From: an uncultured Candidatus Rokubacteria bacterium
GTDB lineage: Bacteria; Methylomirabilota; Methylomirabilia; Rokubacteriales; CSP1-6
Length of the DNA stretch: 64,000 nucleotides
Assembly (NCBI GenBank): GCA_963771355.1
Contig: CAVYTA010000005.1
Location: 160,001 to 224,000 of the forward strand
Direction: 5' to 3'
This document shows positions 22,819 to 33,026 of the stretch, one piece after another; within the stretch, counting starts at the first letter, position 1, and every line of letters begins with the position of its first letter. The notes under the pieces are model-generated. The model did not search any database. It saw only the letters and a program-made list of their open reading frames with translations, and was not told the origin of the DNA. The position numbers and the translations under genes were made by a program.

Positions 22819-24235
22819 ATGAGCGCCAATCGGAATTCCGCTCCCGCCGACCACGTCGTTGCTGACATCACCCTCGCCGACTGGGGCCGCAAGGAGATGC
22901 AGATCGCCGAGACCGAGATGCCCGGTCTCATGGCCATCCGCGAGGAGTACGCGGCCACCCAGCCCCTGCGCGGCGCCCGCATCACGGGCTCGCTGCACAT
23001 GACCATCCAGACCGCGGTCCTCATCGAGACGCTCCGGGCGCTCGGTGCGGAGGTGCGCTGGGCATCTTGCAATATCTTCAGCACCCAGGACCATGCCGCC
23101 GCCGCCATCGCCGCCTCGGGCGTCGCGGTATTCGCGGTGAAGGGCGAGTCGCTGGACGAGTACTGGGACTATACGCATCGCATCTTCGAGTGGCCCGACG
23201 GCGGCCACTCCAACATGATTCTGGACGACGGTGGCGATGCCACCCTACTGCTCCACCTGGGCGCCCAGGCGGAGCGCGACGCTGCCCCTATCGCGCATCC
23301 GACCAACGAGGAGGAGACCTCCCTTTTCACCGCCATCAAGGCCAAGCTGGCCAAGGACCCCACGTGGTACTCCACCCGGCTCGGCAAGATCCGGGGCGTG
23401 AGCGAGGAGACCACCACCGGGGTGAAGCGGCTCTACCAGATGGCGAAGGACGGGAAGCTGAAGTTTCCCGCCATCAACGTCAACGACTCGGTGACCAAGA
23501 GCAAGTTCGACAACCTCTACGGCTGCCGCGAGTCGCTGGTGGACGGGATCAAGCGCGCCACCGACGTCATGATCGCGGGCAAGGTCGCGGTGGTGTGCGG
23601 CTACGGAGACGTGGGCAAGGGCTCGGCGCAGGCGCTCCGCGCCCTGTCCGCCCAGGTGTGGGTCACCGAGGTCGATCCCATCTGCGCCCTCCAGGCGGCG
23701 ATGGAAGGCTACCGCGTGGTGACCATGGAGGAGGCGGCGAGCCAGGGCGACATCTTCGTCACCGCCACCGGGAACTACCACGTCATCACCCACGACCACA
23801 TGCGGCGGATGAAGGACCAGGCCATCGTCTGCAACATCGGCCACTTCGACAGCGAGATCGACATTGCCTCGCTCCGGCAATACAAGTGGGAAAACATCAA
23901 GCCGCAGGTGGACCACATCGTGTTCCCCGACGGCAAGCGCATCATTCTCCTCGCCGAGGGGCGCCTGGTGAACCTCGGGTGTGGCACCGGGCATCCGAGC
24001 TACGTGATGAGCTCGTCCTTCGCCAACCAGGTGATCGCCCAGATCGAGCTCTTCACCAAGACCGCCGACTATCCCATTGCCGTGTACGTGCTGCCCAAGC
24101 ACCTCGACGAGAAGGTGGCGCGGCTCCAGCTCACGAAGCTGGCCGCGAAGCTCACGGTGCTCACCGACGCGCAGGCGCGCTACATCGGGGTGGACAGGTC
24201 CGGGCCCCTACAAGCCCGACCACTACCGCTACTAG
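22819..24235 (+). CDS. ahcY: Adenosylhomocysteinase; apparent +1 frameshift at CCCC 24205-24208
   Basis: [42 protein letters not shown]; the conserved C-terminus [10 protein letters not shown] appears in the shifted frame. Confidence 0.96.
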
Positions 24236-24239
24236 GACT

Positions 24240-24278
24240 GGCCGGGCTGACGGAGCTCACCGCTCCGTCAGCCCGGCC
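24240..24278. terminator. Perfect 17-bp stem hairpin after ahcY
   Basis: ggccgggctgacggagc-tcacc-gctccgtcagcccggcc. Confidence 0.65.
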
Positions 24279-24285
24279 GGGCGCC

Positions 24286-24302
24286 ATTACCTCGCGGGGA
24301 AT
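24286..24302. promoter_or_regulatory. Putative XRE/MmyB-type operator, degenerate copy
   Basis: ATTACCT-cgc-GGGGAAT, matching the palindrome at 36398-36414. Confidence 0.55.
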
Positions 24303-24349
24303 TGCGCGTCCTTCCTTGCGTCCTCACCATGGGGCAAAAGGAGGACGTC

Positions 24350-24739
24350 ATGCCCCTACCTAGCGACAACGCGACCTTTCTGCGGCGAAGCCTTCAGCTT
24401 GACGGAGCGGCTTCCGGGCTCACCGGCGCGCTGCTCGTGCTCGCCGCGCCGCCCATCTCGCGCCTCATCGGCCTTTCCGCGCCCGGGATCGCACGGGCGG
24501 TTGGCGTCGGGCTCCTCATCTTCGCCGTGGCGCTGCTCTGGAATGCGCGCCGGCCGGTCCCCAGCCGGAGTGAGGCCGTGCTCGCGGTGGCGCTCAACGC
24601 CGTCTGGGTGGTGGGCAGCCTGATCCTCATCGTGGATGGTCCCCTGACGCTTCTGGGCGCGGGCGCGGTGGCGGCGGTCGCCGCGGCGGTGCTCGGGTTC
24701 TCGGTCCTGGAGGTGATCGGGCTGCGCCGGCTGCGCTAG
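24350..24739 (+). CDS. Hypothetical 4-TM membrane protein
   Basis: AAGGAGG RBS; hydrophobic segments. Confidence 0.8.
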   Translation: MPLPSDNATFLRRSLQLDGAASGLTGALLVLAAPPISRLIGLSAPGIARAVGVGLLIFAVALLWNARRPVPSRSEAVLAVALNAVWVVGSLILIVDGPLTLLGAGAVAAVAAAVLGFSVLEVIGLRRLR

Positions 24740-24790
24740 AGGCCGCTCACGATCCGGGCGCGGCCGGCATCGGGTACGATAGCCGCACCC

Positions 24791-25996
24791 ATGCCGACCG
24801 CCCGGGACGACTGGCAGCGCAATGTCTGGGCGCTGGCGCTGATCGTCTTCACCGCCTTCGTGGGCTTTCAGTTCTTCTCGCCATTCCTCCCGCTCTACGT
24901 GCACGAGCTGGGCGTCACCGACCCCGGCCACATCGCGATCTGGTCCGGGGTGCTGCTGGCCGTCACGCCCGCGGTGTCGGGGCTGCTGGGCCCGCTCTGG
25001 GGCGCGCTGGCCGATCGGGTGGGGCGAAAGCTGATGATGGTCCGCTCGCTGGTGGCCTTCGTCGTGATCATCGCGGCCATGGGATTGGTAACGTCCGTCT
25101 ATCAGCTCCTCGTCGCGCGGGTGCTGCAGGGCGTCTTCGCGGGCTTCTCGGTCTTCGCGATGGCCCTGGCCAGCGTCTCGTGCCCTCGCGACAAGGTGCC
25201 GGTGGCGATCGGCCGGGTGCAGTCGGCGCAGCTGCTGAGCGTGGCGGTGGGGCCCGCCGCGGGGGGCTATGTCGCGTCACACTGGGGCATTCGTGCCGCC
25301 TTCTTCGTGACCGCGGGCATGTGCGCGCTCTCGCTGCTGGGACTGATCCTGCTCTTCACCGAGGCGCGGCCGTCCGCGTCCGGCGCGGCGGCGGAGAAGC
25401 CGGAGCGGCTGCCGCTGGCGCAGATGTTCCGCATCCCGCACTTCGCCGCGGTGCTGGGGTTGCTCTTCCTCGCGCAGTACATCGACCGCAGCCTCGCCCT
25501 CATGGTCCCGCTGAAGGTCGCGCACCTGCCCGGCATCGAACGGGTGGCCGCCACCTCGGGGCTCATCATCTCGGTGGCGGCGGTCTGCGCGACGATCTCC
25601 GCGAGCCTGGCCGGCCGGCTGGGATTGCGCTGGCCGCTGGGCTGGCTCCTCCTTGTCGGCTGCCTCGCCGGCGGCATTCCGTGCGCGCTGATGGCCTGGT
25701 CCGACGGCTGGCTCTCGCTGCTCCTCCTGCGCTGCGCTTCCGCCCTGTGTCTGGGCGGCTCGCTCACGCTGGCCTATTCGCTGGGCGGACAGATCGTGCC
25801 GAGCGCGAGCCGCGGCTCCGCCTTCGGCTGGCTTGCGCTCAGCGTCCAGGTCGGCACCGCGGTGAGCCCGCTCGCCACCGGGGCGCTGGCGGCGGTGAGT
25901 CTGCCCGGTGCCTTTCTCTTCGATGGCGTGCTGGCCTGGGTCGCGGGCGGGCTCCTGTTCTTCGGCGCGCGCGGCCTGCTTGCCCGGCGTGACTGA
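24791..25996 (+). CDS. MFS transporter (MdtG/DHA1-like)
   Basis: WGALADRVGRK motif A; about 12 TM segments. Confidence 0.9.
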   Translation: MPTARDDWQRNVWALALIVFTAFVGFQFFSPFLPLYVHELGVTDPGHIAIWSGVLLAVTPAVSGLLGPLWGALADRVGRKLMMVRSLVAFVVIIAAMGLVTSVYQLLVARVLQGVFAGFSVFAMALASVSCPRDKVPVAIGRVQSAQLLSVAVGPAAGGYVASHWGIRAAFFVTAGMCALSLLGLILLFTEARPSASGAAAEKPERLPLAQMFRIPHFAAVLGLLFLAQYIDRSLALMVPLKVAHLPGIERVAATSGLIISVAAVCATISASLAGRLGLRWPLGWLLLVGCLAGGIPCALMAWSDGWLSLLLLRCASALCLGGSLTLAYSLGGQIVPSASRGSAFGWLALSVQVGTAVSPLATGALAAVSLPGAFLFDGVLAWVAGGLLFFGARGLLARRD

Positions 25997-26032
25997 GGCC
26001 GTCGCGCCGACGCTCTGCTAGACTGCGAGCCG

Positions 26033-26929
26033 ATGCCGCCCGAGCTCCTCACCGCGCGCACGTCCACGCTCGAGATCGCCTGCGAGGCGTACGGCCCTCG
26101 CGACGGCGCGCCGGTCATCCTGCTGCATGGCTTTCCCGACGACGCTCGCGCCTGGGACGCGGTGGCGCCGCCGCTCGCGGCCGCGGGCCATCGCGTGCTC
26201 GTGCCGTACCTGCGCGGCTATGGCCCCACGCGCTTCCTCTCCGAGTCGGCACCGCGCATGGCCCAGCAAGCCGCCATCGGCCAGGATCTGCTCGACCTGA
26301 TCACGGCGCTCGACCTGCCGCCCGTCGCGCTCGCGGGGTACGACTGGGGTGGCCGGGCCGCGTGCATCGCCGCCATTCTCGCGCCGGAGCGCGTGCGGGT
26401 GCTGGTGACAATCGGCGGCTACAACGTGCAGGACACGCTGGGGCCGCCGCGGCCCGCCGATGCCGTCCAGGAACGAGCGAACTGGTATCAGTGGTACTTC
26501 AATACCGAGCGGGGCCGGCTGGGCCTCGAGAAGAATCGCCGCGAGATCTGCCGCATGCTCTGGGCGGACTGGTCGCCGGGCTGGCGCTTCGACGAGGCGA
26601 CGTTCGAGCGCACCGCGCCGTCTTTCGATAATCCGGACTTCGTGTCCATCGTGATTCACTCCTACCGCCACCGCCATCGCCACGCGCCCGGCGATCCGCG
26701 CTTCGACGCCATCGAGCGCCGGCTGGCCGAGCGGCCGCCCATCACCGTCCCGTCGGTGATTCTCCACGGCGCGGAGGACACGGTGGATCGGCCGCCGCGC
26801 ACCGAGGGGCACCTCAAGTATTTTCCCCCGGGGACGGAGCGCCGCGTGGTGGCGGGGGCCGGCCACTTCATGCCGCGCGAGCAGCCCGGCGCGGTGGTGG
26901 ACGCTCTGCGTGCCTTGCTACTTCGGTAG
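26033..26929 (+). CDS. Alpha/beta hydrolase (epoxide hydrolase-like)
   Basis: LLHGFPD, GYDWGG nucleophile, GAGHF. Confidence 0.92.
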   Translation: MPPELLTARTSTLEIACEAYGPRDGAPVILLHGFPDDARAWDAVAPPLAAAGHRVLVPYLRGYGPTRFLSESAPRMAQQAAIGQDLLDLITALDLPPVALAGYDWGGRAACIAAILAPERVRVLVTIGGYNVQDTLGPPRPADAVQERANWYQWYFNTERGRLGLEKNRREICRMLWADWSPGWRFDEATFERTAPSFDNPDFVSIVIHSYRHRHRHAPGDPRFDAIERRLAERPPITVPSVILHGAEDTVDRPPRTEGHLKYFPPGTERRVVAGAGHFMPREQPGAVVDALRALLLR

Positions 26930-27141
26930 GAGGATGGTGGCCACGAAGCGGATGCCCCACTCGGGGGCGCTGACCGGCCGCTCCGCCCAGTAGCAGCCGA
27001 ACCCGCCGAGGATCAGGTTGAGCTTCGCGGTGAGGCTGATGCGGGTCGCGCGATCTCGAGGAGACTGCCAAGCAAGAGCGCGCCGAGGAGGCTCGCCAGC
27101 ACGAGTCCGTGCCGCCTCGGCGCGCTACTTGTCATCGGATG

Positions 27142-27534
27142 CTACTGTACCTTGCGGAGCGTGACGGTGGCGGGCATGACCCCGTTGATCTGTCCGGTCA
27201 TCTCGTTCCCGTTCACCTTAAACCACCCCGTGGCGTCGGGTCCGGTGATCTGGATGTCATTCCCGGACATGATGCCATTGGTGAACCCTGCCCGCCCCCG
27301 ATGTGGCCCCTGGATATCCAGCGTCCCCCTCACCTGGCTGCCGTTCTGGGTCCACTTGACGGTCAAGGTGCCGTTTCCCGCGGTCGAGGGCTCGAACATC
27401 CAGGGGCCGGTCCAGGTGCCCGTGATATCGGTGGCGGGCGGCGCGCCGGACGTGGCGGACGGAGCGGTCGAGCAGGCCGCGGCCCCAACGAGCATCATTC
27501 CGCCGATCAGCATTCCCATCGCGAGCTTGCGCAT
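27142..27534 (-). CDS. Hypothetical lipoprotein
   Basis: AAGGAGG RBS; signal peptide ending AAAC; DITGTWTG. Confidence 0.7.
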   Translation of the reverse strand: MRKLAMGMLIGGMMLVGAAACSTAPSATSGAPPATDITGTWTGPWMFEPSTAGNGTLTVKWTQNGSQVRGTLDIQGPHRGRAGFTNGIMSGNDIQITGPDATGWFKVNGNEMTGQINGVMPATVTLRKVQ

Positions 27535-27688
27535 GGCTGTCCTCCTTGGATTGTGTGCGGGTCGCGGTACCTTGCCGCACCATACGCAATAGAGGGAGCC
27601 GCCGGACATCGGACCTTAGGCCTACCCTGGCCTCCCGGTCTCCCCCGCTCCTGCTGCCGTCCTAGGCGCTCAGGACCAGGCTCGTCCT

Positions 27689-28060
27689 TCAGCGGAGATC
27701 CGGCGTTCCGAGGGCGCGCTCAATGGCTTCGAGCAGCGCGTGATCCTCGAAGGGCTTGCGCAGGTAGGCGACCGCGCCGGAGCGCCGGACCCGCCCATGG
27801 GTAGCCTCGTCGTCGTGGGCGGTGATGAAGATGACCGGGGCCTGTACCCCCATCGTCTTCAGCCGCTCCTGCACGTCGAGGCCGCTCAGCCCGCCCAGGT
27901 GGATGTCCAGCACGATGCAGTGGCTCCGGCCGAGCGATTCCGAATCCAGGAACTCCGGCCCCGAGGCGAAGGTCTCGACGGAAAATCCGGCCGAGGCGAC
28001 CAGGCGGCGCAGGGCGCGGCGCACCGAGAGATCGTCGTCGATGATGGACACGAGCATCAT
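27689..28060 (-). CDS. Single-domain response regulator (receiver)
   Basis: IIDDD, VLDIHL, FITAH, LRKPF. Confidence 0.92.
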   Translation of the reverse strand: MMLVSIIDDDLSVRRALRRLVASAGFSVETFASGPEFLDSESLGRSHCIVLDIHLGGLSGLDVQERLKTMGVQAPVIFITAHDDEATHGRVRRSGAVAYLRKPFEDHALLEAIERALGTPDLR

Positions 28061-28115
28061 GAGGTTCGTGGTGACCAATAGAACGGAGGCTAGACCATTC
28101 CCGGGACGTTCGACA

Positions 28116-28131
28116 TTGGACCTTGGTCCAA
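28116..28131. promoter_or_regulatory. Palindromic box TTGGACC-TT-GGTCCAA (copy 1)
   Basis: Identical to 28838-28853; upstream of the receiver gene. Confidence 0.7.
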
Positions 28132-28165
28132 GGGCGGAGGTTCCGCGCCGGGGGCTGGGTCGGTC

Positions 28166-28795
28166 TCAGCGCGCTCCGTGGGGGTGGAGCCGGCCGGCCA
28201 TGCGTACCAGATCGGCCATGGAATCTGCCCGCATCTTCTGCATCACGCGCGCGCGGTGGACCTTCACCGTTTTCTCGCTGATGCCGAGCTCGGCGGCGAC
28301 TTGCTTGTTGAGTAGTCCACGCACGACCAGCCGAAGCACCTCCGCCTCGCGGGGGGTGAGTGTCCGGGCACGGCTCTGCAAGTCGGTCAGCTGGGCCCGC
28401 TCGCGCCGGTCCCGCTTGTCCTTGGCCATCGCGCGCTCCACCGCTTCCAGCAGGTCCTCGGCGGAGTACGGCTTGGTCAGAAAATCCACCGCCCCGCCCT
28501 TCATGGCGCGGACGCTGGTGGAGACGTCGCCGTGGCCGGTGACGAAGATGATGGGGATGGCCTTGCGCGCGGCCACCAACGCTTCCTGGAGCTCGAGCCC
28601 GTTCCGGCCCGGCATCTTGAGATCGAGCAGGAGACAGCCGGGCTCGATCGAGAGGGGGTGCGAGAGGAACTCGTCGGCGGAGGCAAAGGTCTCGACCTGA
28701 TAGCCGGCGGTGCGCAAGAGCCGGCCAAAGCTCTTCCGTACCGACGCGTCGTCGTCCACGACATATACCGTGCGGCAGGGCTCGGTCACGGGCAT
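28166..28795 (-). CDS. FixJ/NodW/StyR-family DNA-binding response regulator
   Basis: VVDDD, LLDLKMPG, TGHGD, FLTKP, LTPRE...SEKTVKVHRARVMQKM LuxR HTH. Confidence 0.93.
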   Translation of the reverse strand: MPVTEPCRTVYVVDDDASVRKSFGRLLRTAGYQVETFASADEFLSHPLSIEPGCLLLDLKMPGRNGLELQEALVAARKAIPIIFVTGHGDVSTSVRAMKGGAVDFLTKPYSAEDLLEAVERAMAKDKRDRRERAQLTDLQSRARTLTPREAEVLRLVVRGLLNKQVAAELGISEKTVKVHRARVMQKMRADSMADLVRMAGRLHPHGAR

Positions 28796-28836
28796 GGCAG
28801 TCTTCCGGAGGATCTCACCCCTCGGTCTCCCACCGC

Positions 28837-28854
28837 ATTGGACCTTGGTCCAAT
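28837..28854. promoter_or_regulatory. Palindromic box ATTGGACC-TT-GGTCCAAT (copy 2)
   Basis: Upstream of the FixJ-type regulator. Confidence 0.7.
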
Positions 28855-29056
28855 CCCCGTGCGGGGCGCGTCGTCACTCCCCAATCTTAACGGCGATGCC
28901 CTGGGTGCCGCCCTGAATAGTCGTCCTGCGACTTCCGGTCCGGGCGGCCCGTCGCCTTCACCTTTGAGTTGCAGTATCATGGGCCGGGCTCGCGGAGGGC
29001 CTCGGCGTCTTGCGACTGGTGGCCACTTTCGTGGCGCTGTTCGGGGGGTGGAGGTA

Positions 29057-29305
29057 ATGGATTTAGCGGGATTGATCGTCGGTCCGGTCGTGATGTCATT
29101 GGTCCTCGCCGCGCTGCGGATCTACGAGGCCCGCCGGCGTGAATCTCCGGACGATCGGTCAACGGGCGATAGGACCATGGTCCCATATCGGGCCCCACCG
29201 TCGGCGCACTACGCTCTGGACCATGTGCTGTCGCGTCAGTACCAGACAATCTTCCGACGACTGCGGCGCGGCCGCGGCGGCGGTACCACCCACGGCGCCG
29301 GGTGA
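29057..29305 (+). CDS. Small hypothetical membrane protein
   Basis: GGAGG RBS, N-terminal hydrophobic segment. Confidence 0.45.
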   Translation: MDLAGLIVGPVVMSLVLAALRIYEARRRESPDDRSTGDRTMVPYRAPPSAHYALDHVLSRQYQTIFRRLRRGRGGGTTHGAG

Positions 29306-29417
29306 TGCGGGGACAATCGAGGCGCGAACGGGGATCACGGCGCGGGGCCCCCGGTTGGGGACGTCGACGCCCCAGCCGGTCGCCGACCGGGTCGGAGACC
29401 GACAGGAGGAACTCCAC

Positions 29418-29678
29418 ATGCGGGTACGAGCGGTGACCACACTAGTGGCGTTGGCGGCGGCTGTCTGGCTGAGCGGCTGCGCGACGTCGGAGGAATGGGC
29501 GGAGTGGAAGGGCCACTCGTCGCACTTCGCCTCCGACAAGCACATGGGGTTCTCGCTACGGAACAACAAGGACGGGTCGAATCTCCGTGTCACCCGCGCC
29601 GACATGGCTGCGGCTCCCCGCGAGAACTGGTGGGGAACGGCCCTCACCGTCAACCCGAACCAGATCTTCCAGGACTAG
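29418..29678 (+). CDS. Small hypothetical lipoprotein
   Basis: AGGAGG RBS; lipobox LSGC. Confidence 0.75.
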   Translation: MRVRAVTTLVALAAAVWLSGCATSEEWAEWKGHSSHFASDKHMGFSLRNNKDGSNLRVTRADMAAAPRENWWGTALTVNPNQIFQD

Positions 29679-29693
29679 GCGAGGACACCCATC

Positions 29694-30317
29694 ATGCGAG
29701 CCAGCCCGGCATCCCTCGTTTTTGTCTTTCCCACCCTCGCTCTCGCCCTGGTCCTGACCGGCTGTCCCAAGCGCCCGCTGCTACCGCCGCCGGTGGCGCC
29801 GGCCCCGGTGGCCGCGCCGGCGCCCCCGCCCCCGCCCGCCCCCGCTCCGGCTCCGGCTCCCGCGCCGCCGCCCGCGGTGGTCGCGCCGGCGCCCACTCCT
29901 GCTCCGGCCCCCGCGCCGATGCCGGTGGCGCCGCCCACTCCTGCCCCCACGCCGGCGCCGCCGAAGGAGTACGCGGCGAACGACGCGCTCAAGCCCATCC
30001 AGTTCGACTTCGACAAGGCCGTCATCCGTCCCGGCGACGCGAAGATCCTCGACGCCAGCGGGGACTGGCTGAGGCGCAACTCGGACAATCTGCTGCTCAT
30101 CGAGGGGCACTGCGACCAACGCGGCACCGCGGAGTACAACCTGGCGCTCGGCGAGCGGCGGGCCAAGGCCGCGATGGACTACCTGGTCTCCAAGGGCGTG
30201 TCGGGGGACCGCATCACCATCGTGTCCTTCGGCAAGGAGCGGCCCCTCTGCACCGAGTCAACCGAGGCCTGCTACGCCCGGAACCGGCGTGACCAGTTCC
30301 TCACCAAGGACCGCTAG
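29694..30317 (+). CDS. pal: Peptidoglycan-associated lipoprotein (OmpA domain) with Pro/Ala-rich linker
   Basis: Lipobox LTGC; FDFDK, IEGHCDQRGTAEYNLALGERRA, SFGKERP, RNRR. Confidence 0.9.
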   Translation: MRASPASLVFVFPTLALALVLTGCPKRPLLPPPVAPAPVAAPAPPPPPAPAPAPAPAPPPAVVAPAPTPAPAPAPMPVAPPTPAPTPAPPKEYAANDALKPIQFDFDKAVIRPGDAKILDASGDWLRRNSDNLLLIEGHCDQRGTAEYNLALGERRAKAAMDYLVSKGVSGDRITIVSFGKERPLCTESTEACYARNRRDQFLTKDR

Positions 30318-30336
30318 GCAGTAGCTGTCGAGGCCG

Positions 30337-30383
30337 TGGTTCAGAGCGCGAGACGCTCGTCGGGGCGAGCGCGCTCTGGACCA
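30337..30383. terminator. Hairpin downstream of pal
   Basis: tggttcagagcgcg ... cgcgctctggacca. Confidence 0.45.
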
Positions 30384-30447
30384 TCGGCCGGGTCGCGGCC
30401 GTGAAGGCGGTTGCCCGAGGCACGCCGCGCTGCTACGCTCGGCGCCG

Positions 30448-31557
30448 ATGACGCCCGCCTACGAGGGCGATCCCGAACCGCCCAAGCTCGTGCCGCCCAA
30501 GCTGTTACTGAAGGAGCAAGGGTATCTCGCGAGACGAGCGGTCGCCGTCGGGCTCAGCCTCGGCGTCTGCCTATCCGTGTGGCCGGCGGCCGTTGACGCG
30601 CAGAGTGTGGGTGACGTGTTCCGGCGCGCGGCCCCCTCGGTGGTGGTGATCCGGGCCCGGGGGCGGGACGTGGAGGCGAGCGGGCAGACGCGCTTCAGCG
30701 AGACGGGCTCCGGCGTGCTCATCTCCAGCGACGGCAAGGTGATGACGGCGGCCCACGTGGTCCATACCATGGACGAGGTCACGGTGGAGTTCCTGGGCGG
30801 GGAGACGGTCAAGGCCCGCGTGCTCTCCTCCGAGCCCGCCGCCGATCTCTCGCTCCTCCAGCTCGAGCGCGTGCCGGCGGGGACGCGCGTGGCCAGGCTG
30901 GCCGACTCCAACGCGGTGAGGGTGGGCGATCAGGTGATGGTGATCGGCGCCCCCTACGGGCTCAGCCATTCCCTCAGCGTGGGCTGGATCAGCGCCCGCT
31001 GGGCTCCGAACACCGTGTACAAGGCCCTCCCGCTGGCCGAGTTCTTCCAGACCGACGCCAGCATCAATACCGGCAATTCGGGCGGCCCCATGCTCAACAT
31101 GGCCGGCGAGGTGATCGGCATCGTCAGCCACAACATCTCGAAGAGCGGGGGCAGCGAGGGCCTGGGCTTCGTGGCCACCGTCAATACCGCCAAGCAGCTT
31201 CTCCTGGAGCGGCGCTCCTTCTGGACGGGGCTCGAGGGCCAGCTCCTCTCCTCGGAGCTCGCCGACCTCTTCAATCTCCCGCCGCGGATGCTCGGCTTCA
31301 TGGTCAAGACGGTGGCCAAGGGCTCGCCGGCGGACGAGATGGGGATACGTGGCGGCACCAAGACCGCCGTCATCGATGGCCAGACCCTGGTGGTGGGCGG
31401 CGACATCCTGCTCGAGGTCGAAGGCATCACCGTGGGCAGCGCCGCCGACGCCATCCGGATCCGGGATCACATGGGCCAGCTCTCCTCCGGGTCGCCCATC
31501 AAGGCCAAGGTGATGCGGGCGGGGCACGTGCTCGAGCTCGAGGGCACGGTACCGTGA
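30448..31557 (+). CDS. HtrA-like trypsin serine protease with PDZ domain
   Basis: TAAHVV, DLSLL, QTDASINTGNSGGP. Confidence 0.9.
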   Translation: MTPAYEGDPEPPKLVPPKLLLKEQGYLARRAVAVGLSLGVCLSVWPAAVDAQSVGDVFRRAAPSVVVIRARGRDVEASGQTRFSETGSGVLISSDGKVMTAAHVVHTMDEVTVEFLGGETVKARVLSSEPAADLSLLQLERVPAGTRVARLADSNAVRVGDQVMVIGAPYGLSHSLSVGWISARWAPNTVYKALPLAEFFQTDASINTGNSGGPMLNMAGEVIGIVSHNISKSGGSEGLGFVATVNTAKQLLLERRSFWTGLEGQLLSSELADLFNLPPRMLGFMVKTVAKGSPADEMGIRGGTKTAVIDGQTLVVGGDILLEVEGITVGSAADAIRIRDHMGQLSSGSPIKAKVMRAGHVLELEGTVP

Positions 31558-31567
31558 GGAGACGCTG

Positions 31568-33001
31568 ATGGGATTCGCGGACTACGAGCGCTACGACGGC
31601 CTCGGCCTCGCCGGCTTGGTGCGAGGGGGCGAGCTGAAGGCGGAAGAGGTGCTCGAGGCCGCCATCGAGCGGGTGGAGGCCTTGAATCCCGCCCTGAACG
31701 CGGTGGTGACCCGGCTGTACGACCAGGCGCGCGCGGCCCTGGCCGCTGGCGTCCCCGCGGGGCCGTTCACCGGCGTGCCCTATGCCCTGAAGGATCTCGG
31801 AGCGCTCTATGCCGGGGCGGTGACCAGCTACGGGAGCCGGCTCTTCGCCGGCGCGGTGGCGGACCACGACAGCGAATATACGGCGCGGCTGAAGCGGGCC
31901 GGACTGGTCATCCTCGCCAAGACCAACACCCCTGAGATGGGGCTGGCGCCGTCCACCGAGCCGCGGCTCTTCGGCCCCACGCGCAATCCGTGGAACCGTG
32001 CGCACAGCGCGGGCGGCTCCAGCGGTGGCGCGGCGGCGGCGGTGGCCGGGGGCATGCTGCCCATGGCCCACGCCACCGACGGCGGCGGATCCATCCGCAT
32101 CCCGGCCTCGTGCTGCGGGCTGTTCGGGCTCAAGCCCACCCGGGCCCGGAATCCCATGGGACCCGATGCGGGGGAGGGCTGGGGCGGCGCCTCGGTGGGC
32201 CATGCGGTGACGCGCTCCGTGCGCGACAGCGCCGCGCTGCTCGACGTCACCGCGGGGCCCGACGTGGGCGATCCGTACTGGGCGCCGCCGCCGGCAGGGC
32301 CGTTCCTCGACGAGGTCGGCCGTCCTCCCGGACGGCTGCGCATCGCGCTGGCCACCGCGTCCTGGAACGGCGCCCCGGTGGACCCCGAATGCGCCGCCGC
32401 CGCTACGGACGCGGCGCGACTCTGCGAGTCGCTGGGCCATCACGTGGAGGAAGCGCGTCCCGACTTCGACCGCGACGCGCTCGCCCAGGCCACCCGCCTC
32501 ATCATCGGCGCCAACGTGCGGGCGGCCCTGGAGGCCGGCGCGAGGGCGCGCGGGCGGCCGCTCGAGGCCGGTGACGTCGAGCGCGTGACCTGGGAGTTCG
32601 CGGCCGTGGGCGGCGCCCACACCGCCGCCGACTACGCGCGCTCGATCGGCGTGGTGCACCGGACGGGCCGCGCGGTGGGGCGCTTCTTCACCCGGCACGA
32701 CATCATCCTGTCACCGACCATGTGCCAGCCCCCCTTTCCCCTCGGTGTGCTCGACATGTCGAGCGCCGACACGGACGCCTACCTGGCCGCCGTGCTCGCC
32801 TCCATCGGCTTCACCGCGCTCTTCAACTCGTCCGGCAACCCGGCGATGTCGGTGCCGCTGGCCTGGTCGCGAGGCGGGCTGCCTCTCGGCGTCCAGTTCG
32901 CGGCGCCCTTCGGGGGCGAGGCTCTCCTCTTCCGCCTGGGCGGCCAGCTCGAGGCGGCGCGGCCGTGGGCGGCGCGCCGTCCCGCGAATCTCGCCACCTG
33001 A
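31568..33001 (+). CDS. Amidase signature family protein
   Basis: [26 protein letters not shown]. Confidence 0.95.
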   Translation: MGFADYERYDGLGLAGLVRGGELKAEEVLEAAIERVEALNPALNAVVTRLYDQARAALAAGVPAGPFTGVPYALKDLGALYAGAVTSYGSRLFAGAVADHDSEYTARLKRAGLVILAKTNTPEMGLAPSTEPRLFGPTRNPWNRAHSAGGSSGGAAAAVAGGMLPMAHATDGGGSIRIPASCCGLFGLKPTRARNPMGPDAGEGWGGASVGHAVTRSVRDSAALLDVTAGPDVGDPYWAPPPAGPFLDEVGRPPGRLRIALATASWNGAPVDPECAAAATDAARLCESLGHHVEEARPDFDRDALAQATRLIIGANVRAALEAGARARGRPLEAGDVERVTWEFAAVGGAHTAADYARSIGVVHRTGRAVGRFFTRHDIILSPTMCQPPFPLGVLDMSSADTDAYLAAVLASIGFTALFNSSGNPAMSVPLAWSRGGLPLGVQFAAPFGGEALLFRLGGQLEAARPWAARRPANLAT

Positions 33002-33026
33002 ATCACTTTCGCGAAAGGACACCACC

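Noticed and set aside
29300..29320. TGA-TGC (U-C) at the end of small ORF 29057..29305
   Set aside because: No recognisable family or supporting structure, and the ORF itself is low confidence
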